From positions 10,540,001 to 10,604,000 of the forward strand of contig NC_092671.1 of assembly GCF_964355755.1 (NCBI RefSeq): a stretch of 64,000 nt of DNA, written 5' to 3'. Positions 12,901 to 28,976 of this stretch are shown piece by piece. A program made the translations under genes and the position numbers. The number at the start of each line of letters is the position of its first letter. The stretch's first letter is position 1. Source of the stretch: Antedon mediterranea. Its lineage: Eukaryota; Animalia; Echinodermata. Below the pieces are notes generated by a model that worked only from the letters and a program-made list of their open reading frames with translations, was not told the origin of the DNA and did no database searches.

Positions 12901-15900
12901 AGTTTGGAGCATTTATTTAGTTGACAAATGACACATAGTTGAAATATGGAGTGGAAAGAAGACATTAAAACTGTAAATGAATGCGATCATCTCATGGCAG
13001 AAAAATCGCCACCTGAACCTGACAGCTCTGCAGTTAAAGATTATGTTGAAAATATTGTTAAGACTGCTGCCAATTCAGTAAATGAGGGAAATGGATCTCT
13101 TAGATGGAATGATCTTGAGTCAGAAAGTTTTCCAGCTCCACTGGAGAGGATAGACCATGAAGCAGTAGAAGAATATGTAGCAAATGTTATTGCTACTGCT
13201 GTTAAGTTATATCAAGATCTGGAGTCTTCTTCGACACAACAAAGAATTGACAGTGATGGCTTTTCATTTGGTGCCAAGTTTCGTAAAATTTTGTTGTCTT
13301 TGTGTTCATGTCATGTCATGTAACTTTTTAAAATCTGATTTGGAGCTACAGTATTCCTGAATTTTATTTGTCTGAAGGTGTATAGACAGTAGGCCGGTCA
13401 GCAGTGCTTCTTTTTTTCACCATTGCTCAGGAACTGCAGATACAGGGGGAAACCGAGATGTTGTCGAGATGGCACAAATATATACAGTAGCAATAGTAAA
13501 TAGTATATTTTTTTGGAAGAACCTGTTGAAAATCAAGCTAATTAATAGGCCTTTCCTATATAACTCTGTAAAACTTTCATTTCAAGTATGGTGGTGTTAC
13601 TTACTTTTACGTAACTTAGTTTGTACAATGAGGTGGAAAATAATAATTATTATTTATTATAAATATTCATTATTAACCCTGGCAAGTGACACCATATAGA
13701 TGTTATAGTGAAAGGTCTTATAATATATCTATATACATATCAACAAAAATGTAATCAAATGATCTGTTGTCTGGCTATGTATATTAGACCTGTTTTCTCA
13801 AAATACATTTTGTTATTAATAATACTAAAAATGACCAGTAACCTTTGGCTGTTACTTATTTGTAAATTGTAATGTTAATGTACTTTGTTACTTTATAAAA
13901 CTATATTCCATAATAATATATAATTTTGTAATGATATTCCTTTGCTGTTTTGCAAAAGAAAAAATAAATTTAAATAATGTCTAACTATACCGCTCCATCA
14001 AATTTTGTTTCAAATAATATTTTCATATACAACATGAATTACATTACATTTAGTTTTATTAACCCAAACTTCAAAATAACATGTTCATAAGTTCAGATTT
14101 TATTGTCATCTCCTTTTGCATGTAATCATTCAACAATCTCATAAACAGTAACATAATCTATAAACGGAGAAAAAAAAACTGGTTAAATGTCATTAGATTG
14201 ATGAAATGTTGCTGCACTAGACTACAGGTTTAAAGCCCCATTCTCTACAATGTTTGACGTTTTGTCAAAATAATGCATAAATATTAAATTTTATTAAATA
14301 TACGTTTTATGGTAAATTATGATAAAAAGAGAGAAACAATGCACTACTATAAGTAGCTCGGATTGATTGTCCTCTTGTGGATGGTGTTTATAAAGGCCTA
14401 GCTAGGCTTAGTTTTGTAGGTCTAGCTGGTAAACAGCAGTAACATACGAACATCATACGCTAGCTAGGCCTAGCCTGACGTTGTCTAGTTGCTGCATTAA
14501 TAGTTGTCTTTCTGTTTTTGCCAGAATCCGTATATAAAATTGAGTGAAAACCCTGTAGTTAAAAAATACGAAAATATCAATCCGCACACAAGGCAATTTA
14601 GCGGACCGCTTAAATTATTAGAATCTTGTTTTTCACATTAGTAACCGTTTACAGGCGAAAAAAGTTATCACAATAGGACCATATAGTAATTGTTTTTACC
14701 TTAAATGTCGTGCCCTTACCTTAGATCTAAAAAACGTAGGGAATGGGGCTTTAATGTTCCTGGTGAGTATAGTATTTTAGTCCTGTTTAGAGTTATTCAA
14801 CCATAATCATTTTTAGAGCTTTAACCCACGTACAGAATAAAAGAACACATTTTTTAGTATTTTTAAAAGGATTTATATAAGATCACTGAAGCATTCATAG
14901 ACACAAAAGAAATAATTTTGGAGGAGTTTTAGTTTTCTTTACCGTTTCAATTAAATTCACAAACTGTTTTTAGATCAGATGGAATTTTTCAAGCAGAAGC
15001 AATTATTCTGGATTTTATAAGTATAGAGTGTAATAGGACAATAATTGGAGTGTTAGGACAATAATTGACGTAGGGGGTGATACATATTGTAGAGTAAAAT
15101 GGAAAATCAAACAATTTCTTGTGTCACTGATGAAATACATCATGATAATGTGACTTTTCCCGAGGTTCTTAATTTACCATTCCCTAGTGAGTAGATTTTG
15201 TTTTCTTTTTTTCATATTTTATATAGCGTTTACTGTGTAATTTCTAGTTTGTATTGTGGTTTAGGAAAGTGTAATGGGTTACTTACAAAATATTGTTCAT
15301 TAGAATACGTAGACCATTCAGACCATAGCATTGTATTCTTTATTATTGTTTGTCATTCTTTTTTGTTTGTTTTATGTCTACGAAAGCAAAATGGTGGTAT
15401 GAGGAAGTTCCTCATAGCTTTCAAGTGATATAATATACTGTTTTGAATTAATGTTGATATCCTATACAGCTCCACCATCATCGTTAAACATTGGAGGTGC
15501 TCGTCCGAAACAAAAGAAAAAGGTAAACATTCCTGCTGGTTTGACCCTTGACATGGAAGCTGCAGCAGATGATAACGCGCAAACACCCATCGATTCAGCA
15601 GTTCTAACACCAAGCAGCACAGAGATGTCATGGGAAGGTAAACATGTAGTCTTTTAATTTTTTAACCAAGATTTGGACTAGAGTCTGTTATTTGAAATGC
15701 TGTGCTTTGCCATTAGACCACTGGAAATAAAGTTTAAATAGATTGGACCCTCAATGTTCTAAGTAAATTAAATGAATGTTTGGAAAAAAATTAGTGTTAT
15801 ATTCCCAGTGATATTAGCTGGACTGGATAAAAAAAATATTTATATTAATTTAGCTATCAATAGGCCTTATAGGCCTTTCTTGCTGCTTTACTTTATCATT

Positions 15901-18900
15901 TGCCTTTGGATTTAATTATTATTCATGATATATATTAAATATAAATTAATTATCCCTAGATTTTATATTATTTATTGAAATGATTTTAATTTCAGATGAA
16001 ACCCCAATATCGAGCAAAGCAGTTACTCCAAATATACCAGCAGAACCAATTCCAGAATATACGGCCAAGGAAGAATTTGAGGATAGGCATAAATGGAGGA
16101 AAGTTTCAATTGGCGGCCGAGAACACACTATAGATATGAACGTTATAAATCCATATAGAAAAGTACTTTCACACGGAGGTATGTATGTATACACAACATG
16201 ATATGTAGCAAGGGTTAACTGTACTCTGCATTCAGTGTCTATAATAGATATTATTTTTTATGTAAAGAAAATAAAAACCTTTAAAAAGAAGAGAATATCA
16301 ATAAATTTCTGAAAAGAAGCTTGTTTAAGTATCACTACAGTGTTTAAAATGTTCATTATACAATTCCGGTCATTTTGAATGTAAAATGTGTATAAAACGC
16401 ACAAATGTACAAACTCTTATATTATAGAATGTGTTACTATAATTTGTGGCTTGAAAAATCTAGTTCAGTTGGACTTATCTTTCCACATTGAAAGCTATTT
16501 ATTGTTTTATGGCCATGATAAAGTACATAGTCATTTAATAATACCTTGTTAATGGCTGTGCATAAAGCTACAGGAAAGCGCAACTTTCTCAGTAATTAAT
16601 AGTAGATAAATTGTTTAACTATGGCTATAAAAGCGTTTTTGTGTCAGATGACTTCATTTCCCATCCAATGTAATCAACACATAGTACTTGATACTCTTCC
16701 TACTGTGAACTACTTTGTGTTGTAATGTCTATTATTCAAATCAATATTTGTAAGAGGAATTTTGTTGTAAATGTCAAGTTTCAAATAAGTTCATGAGGAA
16801 ACAAATTATTATACAGTATTTAGATTGAAAAAAAAACACACTATACCCTGTTTAAAAAAAAAAATATACCCTGAAAAAAAAAAACCACTATACCCTGTAC
16901 AAAAAAAACCAAAAACGCTGTTGTATGTAAATACGCAAGGATCTAAAATAAATATTACATATTACTGAATTTTTTTTTACAATGAAAGCAATTCAATATT
17001 AATTGTTTTAAAAAACAAAGATATATTTTCTGTGGATATTACAGTATAAAGATTAATCAAATTTAATTTATATTTCATGAAAAGCATTTCATTTTGTTTA
17101 TTTGTCATACGACCAAACAATTAATATTAATATGAACGAATGGTAGACCAAAAGAGCAACAGTTAAGTGGTCACTTAAATAAACTCAAACCAAAACTAAA
17201 CAAAAGTAATAATGAATAAATAATAAAGTATAGACATTGGAATAGACAGTGACAGTTTAAACTTGAAGACAGATATTGTGATCACACAGGGAATTTACGG
17301 TAGATTACAAATTCAACGATCTCGGCTATAAGCAACTGAAGACTGGATGTAATTAAGCTAAATCAATTGTGATATGTTTTTTATATAGGTTATTATGGAG
17401 ATGGGTTGAATGCAATTATTGTGTTTGCATCATGTTACATGCCGGATAAGACTCGAAAAGACTACAGCTATGTGATGGACAATTTATTTTTGTAAGTTAA
17501 TGTATATCAAACTCGTCTGATCTTATTTTGTAATAAAATGATCTTGCATGCAATTTAGATCTTAAATCGAATAAATGGAATAAACAACAATGTACAAATT
17601 GCATGGATAAGTAATCAATAAGAACATTAGTTTCATATATGATGATAAAGTGTTTGTAAGCAATTTTTTAGTGTGTCTGTATTGTATTGTGTATAATTGT
17701 AAAACAAAATTGTAATCTGAATAAAAAGAAATACCAAAATCAAAATCAAATCTACCCAAAAAATTATTTCTGATCAGATTAATCATTAAATATGTTTCAT
17801 TGAATATATTGATATATACTGTTTTTGTTTTTAACTTTTTTGCTTTATGTAAAATCAAAATATTAGTTTTTTATTAATTTCTTCCTAAACAAAGGAAACA
17901 CAATTAATTGGTTTATCGTATGAAAAAAAAATGTAAATTGGATTAAATCGACAGGTTGATTCAAACAGGAGCTTTATTTATAAGAAGGGGCCTCCTGAAT
18001 TCTGTTATGTAACATGACATAAGTTTTACCCTCATTAAAAAATGATTGAAAAAAAAAAAAAAACAATAATCGAAAAAAAATATATGTGAATGGAACTATT
18101 TTACACAATGAGGATTTCATTTATTGGTCTAATAAAAACAAGACAAAATATTGAGTGGGGACCATTTAAAAGACATTTACAAAAATATATAATATATCAT
18201 AAAACATACTCCAATTAAGGAGAGGGAAGTTGTGATTCAATGTTTCGATCTTTATTTAATCATTTATCAGAATGTTTGAATCATGACTTCCCTTTCATTA
18301 TTTGGAGTAAGTTTTATTCTATAATAATATTTAAACATAATCTGCAGTGCATTGAATGCTTGAGATAATGTTTAAAATCTATTTTATTTCGCTTTTAAAT
18401 TTAAACATAATTTTAGACACCAGATTAATTTGAACATTATAATTTTTCAAAATACTTATTAGTATAGACTGCTTCCATAACACTCAAAATCAATAAGAGC
18501 CATTTTCAAGCGAGTGGCTCATTCAATGATAATCATAAATATACTTTTTTTAAAGATATAATGACCAAAAAATGTATTATTATTATGACTTTGTAAAAAG
18601 AAATTAGTTCTTGTGTACATTATATATTGTACACTTGTACGATATATAATTATAAAAAATAATATCATATCAGATGAAAATATTAAGGAGAGAATCAACC
18701 TAAAACCAGTGAAGCATTCAGTGGATGTAATTTTGTGTCATGTGATGACTGGTGTTTCCCATGGTGACAGACACTAAATCTATATGACTGCTCTTCTCTA
18801 GTGACATCTTAACCAAATACAACAACAGCTGTGGTATCAAAATATATAATAGTTTTTCCCTGGTTTTAATGTTGAGAGTATAATATAACAAATTGTATAT

Positions 18901-21900
18901 ATAACAGTAGAAACTTTTGATCTTTAATAACCAACAAGTTGTCCCCTGAATGGAGGTTGGCCTTTAGTGTTGTTCATCTATTTTCTCTTCATTTCATGAA
19001 AATCCCTTCATAGGTGTATCCTTTGAATAAGAGTGTCCCAAATAAGGGATTTTACTGTATGTATTTTTTAACTGAAGTAAAAAAACATGAAATCATCCAG
19101 TAATAATGTATAACTTAAGTAATTTCTACCTGTTTTTTTCTGATATTCAGATATATTGTGAGTACACTAGAGCTACTTGTTGCGCAAGATTATATGATAA
19201 TCTATTTTCATGGTGCGGCTTCCCGACGCAAGGTTCCCGGAATGGCTTGGATGAGGCGTTGCTACAGACTTGTTGATAGAAGGTTAGATTTTCAGTTTGA
19301 AACTTCATTCAAAGTAATAAAATTAAATTATATAGTTTGTTTCTGATGACAGTCTTACTTTTTAGATCATATCATATACATGTTATTTATATATTTGATT
19401 AACACAACAGTAAGTTTTCAATTATATGAGAATGAATGATGCTTTAAAAGTGGTGCAGCTGTTTTCTTCATGTACTCAACATTAAGTAAATGTTTTTTAT
19501 TTGTGTTTTATTTTTATTAGATTACGAAAAAATTTGAAAGGCTTGTACATAGTTCACCCAACAATGTGGTTAAAAACGGTAGTTGGATTAACTAAACCAT
19601 TTATAAGGTAATTCACTCAAAACACTAACAAACAAAAAACAAGGGCAACAAAAAATATACATAAACATTCAATTCAAATTTATTTCTCCAAAAGGAAATT
19701 ACATAGGATGTGCGTTAGACATTGATACATCTCCTATTCACATACACAACATAGATAATAAACATACATGGCTTGAACTAGGTCAATTTAATTTCAAGGA
19801 ATATGGGTGCATGACATTCTTCTACCAGAACATACATTTGATTGGATATAACATAGTTTGGTTAAGACAATTTTTTTTCACTCTTGTAGATCTTCTTATC
19901 TTTAAAGTTTCTTTGTATTACTGCCTATTTATGTTTCAAAATGTTATGTAATATTATTTATAAAAGGATATGAAAATTGGTGAAAAATGTAATTATATTT
20001 TTGTTCTAGTGCCAAGTTCAGTAGTAAATTAAGATTTGTGTATCAACTTGATGAATTAAAGCAACTGGTTCCAATGGAGTATGTATACATTCCTGAAGAA
20101 GTGAAAAAGTAAGTAGAACCCTTAGAGTCTTTTTAATTGAGGTGTCCCCTGAATAGAGGTGTCTCCCAAAAGAGGGGTCCAACTTTATTTCATTGTAAAT
20201 CTTTTACAGTATTTCCTATCTATTGTATCATTTTCATGTTCCCTAGTATTATTTCCTGTTTATTATTCTGTAGAAGCATTTTTATTGAACCTATTTTTAG
20301 ATAAGGCAATAATATAAAGGCAAACTAACAGCAGACAAACAGTGTGCTTAGTGATTGCCAGTGGGCAAATTGAATGTATTCTAATTGCTTTGTGAACTTG
20401 CGAACTGAAAATCATCAGGCGGACAGAAGATTTTATTAACCATAAATATCTCAAATTTTATTCCTATCCATTCGTCTTAATATAGATTTGACTTGAAGAG
20501 AACACAGAAGGTAAATTGCATGTGGCTGTTGTGATAATAGTTTTTTTTTTACTATTTTGCATGTTTCAGAATCATGACTGCAGAAGAGATCTTGAGGGTG
20601 GATCTAGGGTCGAAAAAAAGGGGCTAGATTAAGCAAGCTATGCAATACACATTATAATTCCCATTTTACAAATATATTGGGTAAGGGAACCTCCTCTAGA
20701 TCCATCCATAGCTGTTGAATTGTGATAATGCCAGCTAAAAAAAGCATTTTGCTACCTCTTTGATACAGGACATTTTGAGAAAATTAGTTGTCAAAGCTAG
20801 GAAGTTTGGAGTGCAAACTCAAAGTATAGTTAACCATAGCTAACCCAAAGTTATGTTAAAATGCTAAAACTTTCTCAAGTCAAATTTAAACGTTTTTATA
20901 TGACTAAAAAATTACTCCTTCTTTCCACATCAGAATTTACAAATTAGTGATTATTTTTACATTTGATTGTGTATGGAATATAGGAGTCTAGCAATGATTA
21001 TTCATTGCCCATTGAGACCTATAAAAAGTTCATAAATTTGGACCCATTCATTCATCACCCACTTTTTAGTACATGTATCATAGGCATGCAATGTTGCATC
21101 ATTTAGGCCTGACTGTAATAACATGTTTTTAAAAGTATGTTATTTGTGGCTAGCATAAATTTAGAAGATTGTTTACAATATTGAATCTTGGTTTGCCATG
21201 CTTCAATACATTATTGTTTCTCCATTTCTATACAGGAAAACGAGGGCTTTTGGGGTCAGTATTGATAGAAGGCAGCATTGTACCTTTGTCTCCTAAATAA
21301 CTCTAACTTTTATTTAAACTGGAAAACTGGAAAATGTTGAAACTTCTAATTTTTGCAATTTTGAGCTAGAAATATTAGTACTGAAAATTAAAGCTTGAAA
21401 AATGTCATGACAAACATGAGTTTCTTTATTTTTATGTTTATTAAATGTTTGTATGAAATGCTATAGAAGAAAATTGCAAAAATTAGAATTTGTACAAAAC
21501 AATTTCCATTTTCACTGTTTATAGATTGTGATTGAGTAGCTTTTGATGTTTGAGTCTTGTGCGATAAACGTGATTTTTAGATGTTGTATGAATAACTGCA
21601 TGCATAGCCTCATTGATTCCATAGTGTGCTGTAATGTATGCATGCTTCAACCATGGAGGTATAACAATTTAATACCTCCATGCTTCAACTCAAATGTCAT
21701 TACAAAATAATGACAGTACCATAAATAATTATTGTTTTTTTTATTGTGTTGTCGTCATAACAATTTTTATTAGTATTTTTTTAATGTTGCAGTTTGGCCA
21801 TTTAGTACTCAATTTAATTATAGTTTAACATCTCAGTTTTTATTACTCAGTTTTTTATTATTGTTACTCTTATATTTCAGGGCTGTATCATAAGATTAAA

Positions 21901-24268
21901 TTCTATAAATCGATATATATATCTTTATATGCTAAGATATAATAATGACCATAGACCTCATTCAATTAAATGTGCTGTTATATCATCAATCAATACCTGA
22001 ACAGCTTTTGTTCTGAGTCCAAATGAAATTATTTTGAACATTTATTATTTTTGAATATGACTTTGTATAATTATATAATAATTTTGAGTTAATTCTTGTG
22101 AAATTCAAAGTTGAAGACTATAATTTTCATACATAAGTAGAAAAGATTATTTTCTAATCCAAAAGATAAGTACAAAAAATGATAATGATCCTGAATTATA
22201 CATTTTGAAATATTATTAAGAAACACAAATATGCTAAATTCTAAATTCAAATATGGTTAGAATTATATTTATTTGCATGTGTAGTATAATGAAATATTGC
22301 TGTTTCTTTGCGCGATTGTTTTACCTAACTATTTACCACATGGTAGGCCTACTATTTGATCCCCACATTTTACTGCACGTTGTCGCTACCAAGTTCCTAA
22401 TATGACAATGGAGAAATTCCTACATAGTACTAAATGTCATAAAAGCTGGTTTACTTTTAAAGTAGCTTTTTAGTGTGAACTGATGTAAACTAACATAGTC
22501 AGCCCATCCCATAATATGTTTTATCATATCTAAAGTAAAATAAGAAAGCTAATTCTACTGCTAAACATTTTGGTTAGACCTGATATTAAACTGTTTAGGA
22601 TCTAGAGTGTATTTTGACAAATGTGTGTGTGATATTTATGATATTTTTAAATTGGCAAATGTACAGTATATTCTTGACTGAGCTTTTGCTGTAAATGTTT
22701 ACCCTTTGCTCATTTTTACGCTGATACGTTTGTGAATTGTTTATGAACGCATTCTGTGTATGAAAATGCATATCTCCTGCCTCCCAACCATGCCTCCACC
22801 AACTGCCACAAAATATAATATTATATAGTACTTGAAATTTAAATGTATGTCATAAAGGCAAAATTGTAATATTGTACTTCAGTACCATCATAAAAGTCAT
22901 GAAACTAAATGAGCCTGGGTGCATTTAAGTATTCTTTGAGGTTTATTTTGGGCAGAGAGAGAGCCATGTCTCTTTTTCCCAGTGCTTGAGCCAGAGCTCT
23001 ATAATAACTGATTGTTAGTGTTGCTATGACCACATCCATTTATTACATTGTTCTCTGCCATTTAATTTTGTAAGGAAAATTGCTTTTGATAATTGCAATA
23101 TTTTTTATTTCTACATAAACAAATTGACCTCATGAACTTTAAATTCAAGTAGTCTTCTTAAACTGAAATTAATTTTCATATTTTTTTAATCAATTGAATA
23201 ATTCTTGTTTTTCTAACCCTAATCAATGACTACTACTTAATATGCTTGCAATCATGTTATTAATATGCATTTTTATGTTTTTTTTTTCAATACAATAGTA
23301 GGTAGATAATAATATATTAAAATGATAATAAGGTATTAAGACCCATTCTACTGTAAATAAATGTAGAGCATTCAAATTGAAGAATGTGCAAGTAAGTGTT
23401 ACAAATGATTAGATGTTTTAGATGAGTTCTTGTGCTGAATCAATATTGATAGTGTTGATAAATATACCATACTATACAGTAATTGTGTATTAAAGTAGAA
23501 TTTATACATTTACACACAATAAATCATAAATATTATAAACAAATAAAATAAGATTAAACTAAAAAACACAGAATATAGAAATTATAATTTAAAAACATTT
23601 ATAAAATAACACTAAAACGAATTAAGGCATCTGAACTGTTTGAACTGCATTATAAGTTCACAAAAAATTAGTTAATTCAATACAGTATAAATCAAAATAT
23701 TATTTTTTTTGTAGGGTGGATAAGCGTTATGCTCGAGCTTGATGATGACTCGGCTAGTGGCACTTCAGATCTGTCGGACACCGATTCTGATTTCGTAATG
23801 GACAGCTACATTCCTTCAGCGCCACCTACCGATAAATCAAATGCAGCCAACGCAAGAAACCTACCTTCAGAACCGGGTAGAATCCAATTCTCATCTTCGG
23901 AGTCGGAGACAGAAGAACCAATTGGAACAAAATCCTTTGAAAACGATAACTTCCGTGGCAGTCGGACAAATGTTGACGGGGAATTTATCGAGGACGACTA
24001 CATGAAATGTCACATGACATCATCGACTGTAGATACGCGAGTGCTTAGTCCTAATCCCATGAATAGCGGAGGTACAACACCTAGGATACAATCGCCTTAC
24101 GGAATACTGCGATTTCAAGACGACGAGGTTGAATCGGAAATTGCGACTTCTGCACGCGACTGGCTTCTGTACCCAGAAGCCGGTAGTTCACCACACTATT
24201 CCTCCGAAAGGACAAATGCGAGTAATAAAGAAACAGATTTTTTAATTGAAAGTATTAATAGAAAATAA
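919..24268 (+). CDS. PRUNE2: PRUNE/PRUNE2 (BMCC1)-like protein: DHH/DHHA2 exopolyphosphatase + giant acidic region + BNIP2/BCH (CRAL-TRIO-like) domain; 5'-partial, multi-exon
   Basis: Phase-consistent GT-AG exons: 919-1020 ([12 protein letters not shown]), 3148-3544 ([18 protein letters not shown]), 5026-5181 (GTILFDT), 6005-6117 (LLRKDFK), 6253-10692, 11614-12019, 15470-15637, 15996-16178 ([17 protein letters not shown]), 17389-17491 ([12 protein letters not shown]), 19151-19282, 19521-19607 ([14 protein letters not shown]), 20010-20108, microexons 20486-20510 and 21236-21254, last exon 23715-24268. The start exon was not found in the window. Confidence 0.9.
1231..1548. mobile_element. Decayed Tc1/pogo-like MITE (CAGTAGAACC...GGTTCCACTG family)
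   Basis: Recurrent gtgtcccct(g/a)aatagagg / ggggacacc motifs and an end gggttccactgta. Related relics lie at ~12085-12282, 18904-19059, 20113-20182, 35970-36113, 39931-40013 and 58710-58768. Confidence 0.5.
2040..2300 (+). repeat. Degenerate short tandem repeat (ggagcttgcaactat-like)
   Basis: Roughly ten imperfect cttgcaactat units. Confidence 0.55.
3722..4898 (-). mobile_element. Non-autonomous Helitron in a PRUNE2 intron
   Basis: On the minus strand: 5' A|TCTATATATAAA at 4898, and a GC-rich 3' hairpin (CTAGATGGTACGCGAGCGAAGCGAGCGTGCCATCTAG) ending CTAG|T at 3722. Inserted between A and T with no TSD. Confidence 0.75.
6253..10692 (+). CDS. PRUNE2: Giant 4440-nt internal exon of the PRUNE2-like gene (end of DHHA2 domain, DPF-rich region, acidic region, tandem repeats)
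   Basis: 1504-aa ORF 6259-10773; acceptor tttacag at 6252 and donor AGG/gtaaaa at 10693, both phase 0 and in frame with the flanking exons. Confidence 0.9.
8158..9533 (+). repeat. Coding tandem repeat, 144-bp/48-aa unit, 9 full copies + 1 partial, with degenerate flanking copies
   Basis: The unit [33 protein letters not shown](L/I)IFNDK(V/L)QSENLPA(A/P) recurs at 8161, 8305, 8449 ... 9457 (period 144). Diverged copies lie near 8059, 9598, 9736 and 9853. Confidence 0.97.
12946..13282 (+). CDS. Intronic paralogous copy of the giant-exon segment ~9530-9873; candidate alternative first exon or pseudo-exon
   Basis: Translation ...[20 protein letters not shown]...[21 protein letters not shown]...QRIDSD aligns to the giant exon. 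It has ATG 12946, an in-frame stop just upstream, and a possible phase-1 donor C/gtaaaa at 13283. Confidence 0.5.
14234..14750. mobile_element. 517-bp MITE with TTAA target-site duplication and AG..CT termini (Kolobok-like)
   Basis: ttaa|AGCCCCATTCTCTAC ... GTAGGGAATGGGGCT|ttaa (14/15 TIR match). An empty site is visible in the paralogous intron segment at 12654-12657. Confidence 0.85.
15099..15186 (+). CDS. Candidate alternative first coding exon ([29 protein letters not shown]) for a short BCH-only isoform
   Basis: aaaATGG Kozak context, 29 open codons, and a strong phase-1 donor A/gtgagt matching the phase-1 acceptor at 15470. Confidence 0.5.
18199..18317. repeat. Imperfect long inverted repeat (MITE-like hairpin) in a PRUNE2 intron
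   Basis: aaaacatactccaa..agggaagttgtgattcaa pairs with ttgaatcatgacttccct..ttggagtaagtttt. Confidence 0.6.
23715..24268 (+). CDS. PRUNE2: Terminal exon of the PRUNE2-like gene (long S/D/E-rich frame; alternative short frame VDKRYARA*)
   Basis: Acceptor ttttttttgtag at 23714. The 179-aa ORF has coding-like GC content within AT-rich flanks and is in frame only after both microexons. Confidence 0.7.
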
Positions 24269-25927
24269 ATTTATTAAACTAGTTTACAAATAATGACTTA
24301 AATGCTTTGACATTTTTGATATGCATTGAGAAAATTTGAATTCCTTGTGTTTTAAAGATTTGAGAATTGATAGTGTTATAGTCTTGGGAATTACTTTCCA
24401 TTAATAAAATGGCTGTATTGCCGTGGTTATGTGGTTTAACCTTTTTTGCAGAAGAAATCGAAATGCAATGCTGACTTACTAGAATTCTTAAAATATTTAT
24501 AAGGGCAATATTATTTATAATGAAATTATGAAACACATTTTATTTTAAATGTTTATAATTTTAAACTTTATTATATCCTTAATTGCAGTTATACTGTTTT
24601 TACAGAAAGTGTATATGTACAAAATACAGTAAAATTGTAGTGTAAAATCTATGCTTGTTTTTTCAAAATACTATTTGAATTGCTTTAGTGTGATGCTGGC
24701 ACGTGGCATAGGCAGTAGACATTGTAAATAAAATATCTGAATGCGGAAAGATGCAAACGTATAACATAGTAATTTAATTATTGATTTTTAAAGTTAATAG
24801 CATGATTATTTATACAATTAAACATTTTTCAACTCACTTAATCGCCGAATACCAAAAATACCAGTTTTGTACAACTTATATGTAATGTTTATATAGAAAG
24901 ATTTATAATGTTGTAATGTGTATTGGTAAAGTAGTTTGATATATTTAATACTAAGCCATTTTAAACAATTATTATGCGTGTATATTGTATATAAATTATA
25001 TGATTAAATATATAGCCAACATAAACCGCCAGTTTGCAATTTATTCTCAATGAAAGTCCCTTGCCATCAAATTACCAGACAGAATACTTATGTTTTTAGA
25101 AATTTAATTTTGGATTGTCTCCTTTTTTTATTTTATTCCAGTCATGTAAAAGTGTACTGTATACTGTAATATATCGGTACTGGATACAGTATTTGGATTA
25201 TATTATTCCTCTACGCCATTGCAAGATAGTGTACTCGGAAACACTAACCTACCTGTACCATGTAGTGTAAATTGAAATTTCTTTGGAAATTTGTATAGCC
25301 TTGCAATTCCTATTTTATTTTAAACCGTCTTTGCTTTGTATGTCCTCACATTGTAGAGGATTTATTCCTTATCTTTATATATAGTATTTCCATCCTCCTC
25401 CGGTTGTTAGGCAAAATTTATTAAGCCCACTGGCAGAATAATTCCCTCATAATTTACAGATACTGTAATACAAGTCCATTGTAAACACGTTTTGCCACTC
25501 ATCGTAAACTAGCTATACCATTACCATGCTACTGTCCATGCAAGTACAAAATTAAACAACTCAAACCAACATATCAATCATATATTCTTTTATTACAACT
25601 ATATGAATGTCATTGATTTTTTTTTTGCAATAGATTATTAAATTACTATGATTTTCATCTAGATAATCTTGTTTTTAATTTAAATAGAGTTGCTACTTAA
25701 AGAGTGCATTTTCCTTTTGCTACAGTAAACTAGTATTGCATTTAAAAATACACGACATTACATTTTTCACACTTTTATTGTGTGATAATATCACATCATT
25801 ATTATGCATTATATTGTACAGGATTAACTGTATTTTGTAGTATATTTTTATTTATCGTAGTTTGGAATGATGGAAACTTGTAAATGATGGTCAAAGCAAG
25901 TATTCAAATATCAGTGTTCCTCGTTAT

Positions 25928-28976
<3,049 letters not shown>

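Noticed and set aside
21881-21900. Strong acceptor tatatttcag as another terminal exon (K-AVS*)
   Set aside because: Possible, but nothing supports it beyond the splice signal.
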